Below, piece by piece: positions 8,754-17,258 of a stretch of 64,000 bases of DNA. Source of the stretch: a bacterium. GTDB taxonomy: Bacteria > 4484-113 > JAFGCY01. Under the pieces are notes generated by a model. It saw only the letters and a program-made list of their open reading frames with translations. It searched no databases and was not told the DNA's origin. The stretch is taken from the NCBI GenBank assembly GCA_020440645.1, contig JAGRNR010000014.1, positions 1,294 through 65,293 on the forward strand. The letters run 5' to 3'. Position 1 is the stretch's first letter, and every line of letters starts with the position of its first letter. A program made the position numbers and the translations under genes.

Positions 8754-9935
8754 TCACTCGTCGACTGCCTTGTCCAGCTCCTTCATCCACTGCTCAGCCA
8801 GCTTGACCATGTCCTCCGGCACGCTGTGCCCCCCGTCAAACTCCTGCCAGCTGACATCATGTCCGGCCTCGATCAATGCATCCCGCAGGGCCTGTCCGCC
8901 GGCGAAATCCACCTGCGTATCCTTGCTGCCGTGCACGATGAACCAGCGCTGCTTGCCGGGATGATCGCGCAGCAGGCCATCCCCGATCAGGAAATCCCAC
9001 AGCGAGCCGCCGAAGATGATCGCCCCGTCCACCTGCAGTGGGTTGGACAGCGCTTCATAGACTGAGGTCATCGCCCCCTGGCTGAAGCCGAACAGGTAGA
9101 CCGAACTGATGTTGTGCGTGCGCTGCATCGTGCCGATCAGCTCGTCGAGGTAGGCCTGGGTGTCCGCGAAGCTCTCCGGCGGCAGGCCTCCGTTCATCGT
9201 CCAGCCGGCCCAGGAGTAGCCGACGGCATCGCCGAGCGGGAAGGCATAGGGTGCCTGCGGGCAGACCATGATGAAGTCGGGGTCAGCGAAACGCTCGCGG
9301 ATCCCCATGAAGCTCTCGGCATTGCTGCCGAAGCCGTGCAGTGCCACCAGCAGGCGGTAGGACTGGCGCGGGTCATAGTCATTCGGGTAGCTGACCCAGG
9401 CCGGCTGCCAGGTATGGGCCGGGATGAAGATCCGCTGCCCGGCTGCGGCCTGGCGCTTCTCGATCTGCTCCGCCATCCCAGCCACTTCCCATCTGAACAG
9501 CGGGTCATCCCGCACCAGTGTGAAGTCCGGGTCGTTCTGCAGGCCGTGCACGTCGCTGAAGCCGTTGTCAACGCTGAGCTGCAGGAAGCGTGCCGCCAGC
9601 TCGGCCCTGCCCAGCAGTCCGTAGCAGCAGGCCAGGTTGTACTGGGTCGTGTTGTCGCCCGCGCCCTGCTTCAGCGCGAGGATGTAGAAGGCTGCCGCCC
9701 GCTCGAAGTCACCTGAGGAATATGCCTGTCCGGCCAGCCTGCCGTAGTCCGGCTGCGTGCTGGACAATTCATCAGCCAGCGCGCTATCGTAGATGTCAAC
9801 GGAAGCCAGTTCGGCGGAGTAATCCGGCTCCGGACTGTCCTCGGCGGCGGCACTGATTCCGGCAAACAGGAAGGAAATGGCAACAAGGATCGCAAACCGG
9901 CTGGACAGCCCGGCATGGATGCTGGCAGGGAACAT
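8754..9935 (-). CDS. Secreted alpha/beta-hydrolase (phospholipase/carboxylesterase-like) with an N-terminal TPR-like region
   Basis: 393 aa with signal peptide. The TPR-like segment is AAFYILALKQG...YNLACCYGLLG. Esterase motifs are LHGFGSNAESF, the nucleophile elbow GFSQGAM, and a His near the C-terminus. Confidence 0.7.
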   Translation of the reverse strand: MFPASIHAGLSSRFAILVAISFLFAGISAAAEDSPEPDYSAELASVDIYDSALADELSSTQPDYGRLAGQAYSSGDFERAAAFYILALKQGAGDNTTQYNLACCYGLLGRAELAARFLQLSVDNGFSDVHGLQNDPDFTLVRDDPLFRWEVAGMAEQIEKRQAAAGQRIFIPAHTWQPAWVSYPNDYDPRQSYRLLVALHGFGSNAESFMGIRERFADPDFIMVCPQAPYAFPLGDAVGYSWAGWTMNGGLPPESFADTQAYLDELIGTMQRTHNISSVYLFGFSQGAMTSVYEALSNPLQVDGAIIFGGSLWDFLIGDGLLRDHPGKQRWFIVHGSKDTQVDFAGGQALRDALIEAGHDVSWQEFDGGHSVPEDMVKLAEQWMKELDKAVDE

Positions 9936-10011
9936 GTTGGCCTCCCGGTGGCGCGGTCACTGCGCCTGAGCACAGCATAGCCGCCGGGTGCGGCCGGGGC
10001 AATGCCCGCTG

Positions 10012-10224
10012 CTAGGTCAGCTGCGCACTGCCGCTGCAGGCTTCGATCTTCATTGCCTTGAGGATCAGGCTCATCGGACAGAATCCCGTGAAGCTGGACT
10101 GCAGCATGTTCACACCGACAAACGCGTCGAGGATCAGCCAGTATGGGCTGACGTAATACGCAAGAATCGCACCCAGCAGTATCAGGCTGCCGGCTATGCG
10201 AAAGATGATCCGTTCACGACACAT
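10012..10224 (-). CDS. DUF2892-family small inner-membrane protein (YgaP-like)
   Basis: 70 aa. The RIAGSLILLGAILAYYVSPYWLILDAFVGVNMLQSSFTGFCPMSLILKAM pattern matches the DUF2892 signature (…GvnllqsaftgfCP…). Confidence 0.6.
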   Translation of the reverse strand: MCRERIIFRIAGSLILLGAILAYYVSPYWLILDAFVGVNMLQSSFTGFCPMSLILKAMKIEACSGSAQLT

Positions 10225-10352
10225 GTCGCACCTCTGTCAGTGGTCTCCCCACTCAATACCCACATTTACGATAATTGTTTCGGAATCGGAATAATTCATA
10301 TCCTTATTAGACTACTTTCCCTGTTCAGGATTTCATGTCCTGGAGGCACGCC

Positions 10353-11642
10353 ATGAGCAACACTGGTATTTCGAAGTCCAAGGTGGGACTGGCAACGCTG
10401 GCAACGGCGTCAATGCTGGTAGTCCTGCTCCTTACATCCTGCAACAAGGCTGACAACGCAGCCGGACATGCAGCCATCCCCGAGGTGAATGCCCCGGTCA
10501 GCACCGTTGAGGCCGGCATCGTGCCGGGTTCGATCGAGCTGACGGGCACGGTCACCGGCCGCAGCAGCATCCCGCTGTCCAGCAAGCTGATGAGCGAGAT
10601 CACGATGCTCACGGTGGAGGAAGGCGACCGCGTCAGCGCCGGTGAGGTGCTGGTACGCCTCGATGACAGCGACATCCGCGCGATGCGCAGCGAGGCAGCC
10701 GCCTACCGCGCCGAGGCCCAGGCGGTGCTCAGCGAGGTCGCGGCGGTGAAGCAGCAGGCGACTGCCACCGTCAGCCAGTCCGAGGCCGCGATCGCCCAGG
10801 CGGAGGTTGCGCTGGAGGATGCGGAACGCGACCTCGGGCGCTTCCAGGCCCTTTATGAGAAGTCCGTGGTTTCTCGCGCCGAGCTGGACAAGGTGCAGCT
10901 CGGGGCCGATGTTGCCAGGCAGAACCTCAACCAGGCCCGCGCCGCCAAGGAACAGGCGCTGGCCGCCGTGGCCCAGGCCGAGAGCCGCAACCCGCAGGTC
11001 GAGGCCCGCGAGCAGCAGGCCGGAGCGCGTGACCTGCAGGCTGCCTCGATGCAGGCCTATGCCACGCTGAGCGCTCCCTTCGACGGCATCGTCAAGGCCA
11101 AGTACTTCGAGCAGGGACAGCTCAGCGTGCCCGGCCAGCCGATCATCGTGGTCGAGCAGATTGCCAACATGCGTGTCAGCCTTGCCATCCCGGACCATGC
11201 CGCGATGGAGCTGGCAACCGGTGACACGCTGCAGGTGGCGATAGACTCCGCCAACGGGCGTGAGCTGCGCGGCGGGCATATCGCCGTGCTGGCCGCCAGT
11301 GCCGACCCGGCCAGCCGCAGCGTGCTGGCGGAGGTCGAGCTGGATGACAGCAACGGCCTGCTCAGCGGGCAGTTCGTCAGGGTGCTCGTGCCCTCCGGCG
11401 AGCGCAATGTGATCCTCGCGCCTGAGTCGGCGGTGCTGCAGGATGCCGAGCTGTACTACGTCTGGCGGGTGTCCGGCGGCGGGCTGCTGACGCGCGCGAC
11501 CGTCGAGCCCGGCCTGCGGATGGATGGCAAGGTCGAGATCCTGCGCGGCCTCAGTGCCGGCGACCGGATTGTCAGCGAGCCCCGGCCGGGGCTGTTCGCC
11601 GGTGCCCGCGTAAGCGGCATGGCCAGCCCGGAGGGCCACTGA
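10353..11642 (+). CDS. Efflux RND periplasmic adaptor subunit (HlyD/AcrA family) lipoprotein
   Basis: ORF 10335..11642. GGAGG RBS sits before ATG 10353. Lipobox LLLTSC, coiled-coil hairpin (AEAQAVLSE…AQAEVALEDAERDL), and beta-barrel/MPD motifs are present. Its stop is 1 nt before the permease start. Confidence 0.85.
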   Translation: MSNTGISKSKVGLATLATASMLVVLLLTSCNKADNAAGHAAIPEVNAPVSTVEAGIVPGSIELTGTVTGRSSIPLSSKLMSEITMLTVEEGDRVSAGEVLVRLDDSDIRAMRSEAAAYRAEAQAVLSEVAAVKQQATATVSQSEAAIAQAEVALEDAERDLGRFQALYEKSVVSRAELDKVQLGADVARQNLNQARAAKEQALAAVAQAESRNPQVEAREQQAGARDLQAASMQAYATLSAPFDGIVKAKYFEQGQLSVPGQPIIVVEQIANMRVSLAIPDHAAMELATGDTLQVAIDSANGRELRGGHIAVLAASADPASRSVLAEVELDDSNGLLSGQFVRVLVPSGERNVILAPESAVLQDAELYYVWRVSGGGLLTRATVEPGLRMDGKVEILRGLSAGDRIVSEPRPGLFAGARVSGMASPEGH

Positions 11643-11643
11643 A

Positions 11644-14600
11644 ATGGAAAACAGGGAGCAGGATGGAGCCGCTAAACTCCCGCAGCAGACGGACCCGCTG
11701 GAGCCCAGTGCCAACCCGAAGCTGAACATCGGCGGCCTGATCGCCCAGACATTCATTGACAACAAGACCACCTTCCTCGTGATGGTGGCCGCCTTCATCT
11801 TCGGCCTGTTCGCGCTGTTCGTCACCCCGCGTGAGGAGAACCCGCAGATCAGCGTGCCGGCCGTCAACGTGATCATCCCCTTCCCCGGCGCCTCGCCGCA
11901 GGAGATCGAGAACCTCGTCACCTCACCGATGGAACGGCGGATCTGGAACATCAAGGGCATCGAGCACGTGTACTCGATCAGCTACCCCGATTTCGCCGTT
12001 GTCACCGCGCAGTTCCTCGTCGGCGAGGAGCAGGAGGACAGCGTCTTCAAGGTCTACAACCAGGTCTATTCCAACCTGGACAGCCTGCCCGCCGGGACGC
12101 AGCAGCCGATCGTCAAGCCGGTTGACATCAATGACGTGCCGATCGTCGCGATCACCCTGTTCAGCGCCGAACACGATACACATGCGCTGCGTACGGCGGC
12201 GGAACACCTCGAGCAGGGCCTGCGCGAGGTGCCCGGCACCAGCTCCAGCGTGATCGTCGGCGGCGACGGCCGCCAGATCACCATCGAGATGGACCCTGTC
12301 CGGAGCGCGGCCTTCGGCATCGACCCGCAGATGGTTGCCAATGCATTGCAGGGTGCCAACGTGCGCCTGCCCAGCGACCGCCTGGAGACCGGCGGGCAGC
12401 GCCTGATGGTGCGCAGCGGCCAGTTCCTGCGCAATGCCGAGGATGTCGGCAGCACCGTGCTGACGACGCGCGGCAGCGGCATCCCGGTCTACCTGCGTGA
12501 CATCGCGAGTGTGACGGACGGCCCGGCTGAGATCTCCAACGTCAGCCGGCTGAGCTTCGGCGCCGGCACCCAGCACGTCAGCGCGGAGGGCCATGGCCTG
12601 CGCGGTGGCTTCAGCGGGCAGGAATTCGAGACCAGCGGCCGCAGCTTCAACGCAGTCACAGTTGCCGTTGCCAAGCAGAAGAGCACCAATGCCGTGAAGA
12701 TCTCCGAGGCCGTGATCGAGCGCATGGACGAGCTCGGTCCGCTGGTGCTGCCTGACCGGACAGGCTGGCTGATCACGCGTGATGACGGTGAGGGTGCCAA
12801 CCATGCCGTCAACGAACTGATCACGCACCTGACCTGGGCAATCGTGATCGTGCTTGGCCTGCTGCTGCTGGCGCTCGGCTGGCGCGATGCCGCGGTGGTC
12901 GCTCTGGCGATCCCGCTCACGTTGCTGGTCACGCTCGGCATCGGCTTCCTCGCCGGCCAGACCATCAACCGCATCACCCTGTTCGCCCTGATCCTCAGCC
13001 TCGGCCTGCTGGTTGACGACGCGATCGTCGTCGTGGAGAACATCCACCGCCACCTGAAGATGAAGGCCGCCTGCGAGGGCAAGCTGCGCACCTGCGTTCT
13101 CGCTGTCAACGAAATCAGCAGCCCGACGATCTACGCCACCTTCACCGTCGTGCTGTCAATGATCCCGATGGCCTTCGTGACAGGCATGATGGGGCCATAC
13201 ATGGCACCGATCCCGTTCAATGTGCCGGTGGCGATGATCGTCAGCCTGATCGTGGCCTTCAAGGTCACGCCCTACCTCGCGGTGCGCTGGCTGAAGGCCG
13301 ACCACCATGCAGCTGATAATGGCAAGGACGCGAATGGCAAGGACTCCGCGAAAGGCACATCCGGCTCAACTGATAAGCCCGCTCCGGCGATTGACCTGAC
13401 GCATGGCGCTGACCCGAAGCTGCTGGCCTTCTACCGCCGGATGCTCGGCCCGCTGATTGACAGCAAACCGCGCCGTGCGGTGCTGTTCAGTGTGCTGGTG
13501 ATTGCGCTGCTCATCAGCTTCACCTTCCCGGTGCTGCAGTGGGTCAAGTTCCGCATGCTGCCCAAGGCCAACAAGAACACCTTCCTCGTGACGGTGGACA
13601 TGCCCGCCGGCAGCAGCCTGAATGCCACCGACAGCCTGGTGCGCGACATCGAGGAACGCCTGCTTGCGCATCCCGAGGTCAGCTCCCTTGTGACCACCGT
13701 CGGCACCGGCAGCGTGATCGACTTCAACGGCCTGCTGCGCGGCACTTCCTTCCGCAATGATGCGGCCCAGGCTGACATCCGTGTCAACCTGACGCCGAAG
13801 GAGGAGCGCAGCATCGCCAGCGAGCGGATCGTGCTGGACATCCGCCCCGAGCTGGCCGCGCTGGCCAGCGAGAAGCAGGCGATCCTCAAGCTGGTGGAGG
13901 ACCCGCCCGGGCCACCGGTGCGCGCCACCGTACTGGCCGAAATCTACGGCCCCTACGGCGAGGGCCAGCGCAGTGCCGTTGCCAATGTGCGCGGGATGTT
14001 CGCCTCCACTGACAGCGTGGTTGACATTGACGACTCGGTCAGCACAGCGGCCCGGGAGCTGCGCATCGAGGTGGACCGTGAGCGCGCCGAGCGCAGCGGC
14101 CTGCGGGCCTCTGACGTCGCCACCGCGCTGTATGCCGCACTGGCCGGTTACGAGATCACCGCGCTGCATGACCCGGCCGGGATGGTGCAGACCCCGGTGG
14201 TGCTGCGATTCCCGCAGCAGTTCCGCAGCCAGCTGGCGGACCTCGACAGCGTGGTGCTGCCTTCGCCCGCCGGCAACATCCCGCTGTCATCCATCACGCG
14301 CATGCGTGAGACCGATGCGCTCAGGCCGATCCACCACAAGGACCTGCGCCAGGTGAGCTATGTCTATGGCGAGATGGCCGGACGTTCCAGCGTGTACGCG
14401 ATCTTCGACATGATGGCGAAGTTGAAGCAGGACCCGCTGCCGCCGGCCTATGAACTGGTCTGGGAGGGCGAGTGGGACCTGACTCTCAAGGTGTTCCGTG
14501 ACCTCGGAATGGCAATGGGAGTGGCGATCCTCCTGATCTACCTGCTGATGGTCGGCCGCTTCCACAGCTTCAGCGACCCGCTGGTGATCCTCGGCGCGGT

Positions 14601-14991
14601 GCCGCTGACGATGCTTGGCGTGCTGCCCGGCTTCGCCCTGCTTGGCAACTTCGACATCTACTTCTCGGCGACCGGCATGATCGGCGTGATCGCGCTGGCC
14701 GGCATCGTGGTACGCAACTCGATCATCCTGATTGAGTTCATCCAGGATGCGCTCAATGAAGGCGTGCCGCTGCGCGAGGCTGTGATCCTCGCCGGTGCGA
14801 TCCGCACCCGCCCGATCGTGCTGACCGCGCTGGCAGCGATCGCCGGCATGCTGGTGGTGGTGGCGGACCCGGTCTGGAGCGGCCTGAGCTGGGCGCTCTT
14901 GTTCGGCATCCTCGCCAGCACCACCCTGTCACTGCTGGTGATCCCGCTGCTGTACTACATCGCCAAGGAAAAAACCGGAGGTCAGGCGTGA
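11644..14991 (+). CDS. RND efflux permease (AcrB/HAE1-like, 12 TM), 1115 aa
   Basis: Typical RND N-terminus (LIAQTFIDNKTTFLVMVAAFIFGLFALFVTPREENPQISVPAVNVIIPFPGASPQEIE) and two TM bundles. Contains a Lys/Asp-rich insert near residue 560. No OMF gene is adjacent. Confidence 0.9.
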   Translation: MENREQDGAAKLPQQTDPLEPSANPKLNIGGLIAQTFIDNKTTFLVMVAAFIFGLFALFVTPREENPQISVPAVNVIIPFPGASPQEIENLVTSPMERRIWNIKGIEHVYSISYPDFAVVTAQFLVGEEQEDSVFKVYNQVYSNLDSLPAGTQQPIVKPVDINDVPIVAITLFSAEHDTHALRTAAEHLEQGLREVPGTSSSVIVGGDGRQITIEMDPVRSAAFGIDPQMVANALQGANVRLPSDRLETGGQRLMVRSGQFLRNAEDVGSTVLTTRGSGIPVYLRDIASVTDGPAEISNVSRLSFGAGTQHVSAEGHGLRGGFSGQEFETSGRSFNAVTVAVAKQKSTNAVKISEAVIERMDELGPLVLPDRTGWLITRDDGEGANHAVNELITHLTWAIVIVLGLLLLALGWRDAAVVALAIPLTLLVTLGIGFLAGQTINRITLFALILSLGLLVDDAIVVVENIHRHLKMKAACEGKLRTCVLAVNEISSPTIYATFTVVLSMIPMAFVTGMMGPYMAPIPFNVPVAMIVSLIVAFKVTPYLAVRWLKADHHAADNGKDANGKDSAKGTSGSTDKPAPAIDLTHGADPKLLAFYRRMLGPLIDSKPRRAVLFSVLVIALLISFTFPVLQWVKFRMLPKANKNTFLVTVDMPAGSSLNATDSLVRDIEERLLAHPEVSSLVTTVGTGSVIDFNGLLRGTSFRNDAAQADIRVNLTPKEERSIASERIVLDIRPELAALASEKQAILKLVEDPPGPPVRATVLAEIYGPYGEGQRSAVANVRGMFASTDSVVDIDDSVSTAARELRIEVDRERAERSGLRASDVATALYAALAGYEITALHDPAGMVQTPVVLRFPQQFRSQLADLDSVVLPSPAGNIPLSSITRMRETDALRPIHHKDLRQVSYVYGEMAGRSSVYAIFDMMAKLKQDPLPPAYELVWEGEWDLTLKVFRDLGMAMGVAILLIYLLMVGRFHSFSDPLVILGAVPLTMLGVLPGFALLGNFDIYFSATGMIGVIALAGIVVRNSIILIEFIQDALNEGVPLREAVILAGAIRTRPIVLTALAAIAGMLVVVADPVWSGLSWALLFGILASTTLSLLVIPLLYYIAKEKTGGQA

Positions 14992-15200
14992 GCCTGACAA
15001 CGGAGGTCCGGCGCAAGCCGGGCGTGGAGGTCGAGCGCAAGCTCGGCAATGAGTTTGGTGCTTGGAGTGGGGGGTTTGGATGCAGCCGCATTGCGGAGGC
15101 CCGATGGACCTGCGGCGCAAGTCGCACAATGAGAGGGAGGTCAGCTGTAAAGCTGACAAGGTAGCGCACACAGACTCCAAAATAGAGTCCACGGAGTTTT
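14975..15200 (+). repeat. Array of about 5 short hairpins, each preceded by GGAGGTC and three capped by GNRA tetraloops
   Basis: GGAGGTC-AGGC-GTGA-GCCTGAC; GGAGGTC-CGGC-GCAA-GCCGG; GGAGGTC-GAGC-GCAA-GCTCG; …GCGGCGCAAGTCGC…; GGGAGGTC-AGC-TGTAAA-GCTGAC. It starts 14 nt after the RND permease stop. The 24-mer GGAGGTCCGGCGCAAGCCGGGCG recurs at 24001-24023. Confidence 0.6.
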
Positions 15201-15256
15201 CCATAATGGGAAGGGCTGATAGTGTTGCAATAAAACGGCGCGCATTTCCTGTCGGA

Positions 15257-15409
15257 CTATCTGTCACCCCCGCCTTCCATTATCATCGGTTCTCTTGCTT
15301 CCTTGAAATCAGCAAGGTAGTTCACCAACGCATACATTGCCACTGCGATAGCCGCAATGATCAGCAAGGGCAGAATGAACCTGAATGATTCTGATGTCCT
15401 AACTTGCAT
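15257..15409 (-). CDS. Hypothetical single-TM small protein (50 aa)
   Basis: A GGGAGGGA RBS sits 6 nt before ATG (complement 15407-15409), giving MQVRTSESFRFILPLLIIAAIAVAMYALVNYLADFKEAREPMIMEGGGDR. It lies in a low-GC patch downstream of the lipoprotein gene. Confidence 0.3.
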   Translation of the reverse strand: MQVRTSESFRFILPLLIIAAIAVAMYALVNYLADFKEAREPMIMEGGGDR

Positions 15410-15493
15410 GTCTGTCCCTCCCACGATTCTTCTGGATAATGAGAGCACTCATGCTGGAGTTTTGTTCCGGGAGAGTGTCTAAGCGTTTATTGC

Positions 15494-16801
15494 CTACTGC
15501 CCATCCTTAGCAACTTCCGCATCCGCTGCCAAGGGGTAGTCCGCTTCGATTGTCCGCCCCATCGGCTCAATGTCAACGAGGAAGAAGCCATCGCTTGACT
15601 GAACTAGCAATCCTTCCGGCAGTTCATTGATGCTGCCACCGTAGAAGTCTTCGGTTAGCAGCCTGGCAAGCAGTTGCAACCGCGGAACTCCTCCATCCAG
15701 CGGAATACCCTCATGAGGCAGCTCCAGGATGGAAACACTATCGCGATCGCCAGCCAGGATGTACATGCCATGCTCCCCGAAGCCGACATCATTCGTTTTC
15801 ATGATGTACTCATTGCCCATAAGATTGCTGATGCCCTGGTTCAGCTGCAGCGTATGCGCCTTGCCATCCCGGATGACAACCAGCATGTCCCGGTTGAAGT
15901 TATAGGCCAGGATATCGCCGCCCACATTGCCGATCCTGAAGCGTGTGTGCTCGTCATAGCCAATCCTGAACTCCTCCTCGCTGATCACAACCGGCACCGC
16001 AGGATCCGCCGGGTCATAACTGACATGGTTATAGACCACCGGGAACTCCTCAACCGGCCAATTCCCCGTGCTGCGCCTGCCATTGCTGATCAGTTCGTAA
16101 CCGATGACAAGTTCCTGCTCGTCAAACCATGTCATCAGTTTCCAATGCTTCGTCACATGGAAACTCGTTGCCATTTTCCACTCATCGGCACTGAATTCCT
16201 GCAGGTCTTCCAGCCTGAACAGGCAGCGCGGATCCATATCCAGCAGGTGGATGAAATCCTCTTCGCCGGTGTAGTCAAAGTTGATCTGCGGATTCTCCGG
16301 CGGATTGCTGATTATGTGATCAAGCAGCAGGCCAGCCAGCAAGCCGTTGTCAGCTTCAACTATCCGAAAATCGAATTGCCCGGTCCAGCTATCTTCCATT
16401 TTGACCCAGTCCTCATGGGTCCAGTCCCGGGTTTCCTCCGGACTTGGATCATCCATCTCATAGTGGCCCTGGACCTCCATAAGCTGACCGTCCACAAGAT
16501 TGATTGCGCCGGGATGAATGAAGTGCTTGCTTGGAATTGAACCGGGATCTCGGTAGATCCGGATCCTGCACAGCCCCTCCCCAAGCGGGACAATCCGGAC
16601 ACTCGGCAGCCCCGCCAGTTCGTCAGGCACAAATTCCTGCTCGGGGTTTTCATTCAGGTACGGCAGCAAGTCAGGTTCCTGTCTCGGCGGCATCTGCTGC
16701 ATGGCCTCGGCGTATTCCTCAGCCGGATCCGGTTCGTTGCATGCAGCCAGCGAAAGCGCAAGGCCGAGTATCACAATCAAACTGCTGGCAAGCCTGGACA
16801 T
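15494..16801 (-). CDS. Hypothetical lipoprotein (435 aa), acidic, lower GC than its surroundings
   Basis: Signal plus lipobox MSRLASSLIVILGLALSLAAC. No recognisable catalytic motifs. Visibly AT-richer codon usage, and located adjacent to tRNA-Val. Confidence 0.6.
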   Translation of the reverse strand: MSRLASSLIVILGLALSLAACNEPDPAEEYAEAMQQMPPRQEPDLLPYLNENPEQEFVPDELAGLPSVRIVPLGEGLCRIRIYRDPGSIPSKHFIHPGAINLVDGQLMEVQGHYEMDDPSPEETRDWTHEDWVKMEDSWTGQFDFRIVEADNGLLAGLLLDHIISNPPENPQINFDYTGEEDFIHLLDMDPRCLFRLEDLQEFSADEWKMATSFHVTKHWKLMTWFDEQELVIGYELISNGRRSTGNWPVEEFPVVYNHVSYDPADPAVPVVISEEEFRIGYDEHTRFRIGNVGGDILAYNFNRDMLVVIRDGKAHTLQLNQGISNLMGNEYIMKTNDVGFGEHGMYILAGDRDSVSILELPHEGIPLDGGVPRLQLLARLLTEDFYGGSINELPEGLLVQSSDGFFLVDIEPMGRTIEADYPLAADAEVAKDGQ

Positions 16802-16866
16802 CGGTTCAATTCACCTTAGCAGGAAATCGAAGCGGGACAGCCAGCCGGTAATAGCAAAATGGGAAA

Positions 16867-16943
16867 TGGTGGGCGCTACAGGATTCGAACCTGTGACCTC
16901 ATCGGTGTGAACGATGCGCTCTAGCCAACTGAGCTAAGCGCCC
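16867..16943 (-). tRNA. tRNA-Val (anticodon CAC)
   Basis: The reverse complement folds as a canonical cloverleaf: GGGCGCT-TA-GCTC AGTTGGCTA GAGC-G-CATCG TTCACAC CGATG-AGGTC-ACAGG TTCGAAT CCTGT-AGCGCCC-A-CCA. Confidence 0.85.
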
Positions 16944-17258
16944 CAGGTAATCCCGCCTATCTGACGGGGAGGGATATTATGCCAGAAAAACAGAGGAAAG
17001 GGAACAGATAGCAAACTACAAAGATCAGACCTCAGAAGCCAGACTTCAGATCAGTTTCCGCTGCAGCGAGTCAACTGTCTGAAGTCTGGAGTCTGACACC
17101 TGCTGCAGGCCGCAGGCCGCAGGCAGGTATACTCTTCTCGCGCACAGGGCGCACTCAGTCCGCGAGAAGGGAATGTCCCGCCTGACCAATCTGCCCGAGA
17201 TGCATTGTTACGACACTTCGGGACCGCCATGCGGACAGCGGCAATATCGGAGGTCGTA

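Noticed and set aside
14975-15200. GGAGGTC-hairpin array considered as a CRISPR or mini-array
   Set aside because: Units are about 25 nt with a conserved 7-nt prefix but non-identical palindromic bodies. There is no repeat-spacer periodicity and no cas genes.
15062-15388. Plus-strand ORF of 108 aa in the low-GC patch
   Set aside because: No RBS before its ATG, Cys/His-rich low-complexity translation, and it overlaps the better-supported minus-strand 50-aa ORF. Not called.
15000-17125. Genomic island or integrative element at tRNA-Val(CAC)
   Set aside because: Composition shift and tRNA adjacency are suggestive, but no integrase, excisionase, transposase or direct repeat of the tRNA 3' end was found in the window. 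Kept only as a low-confidence finding.
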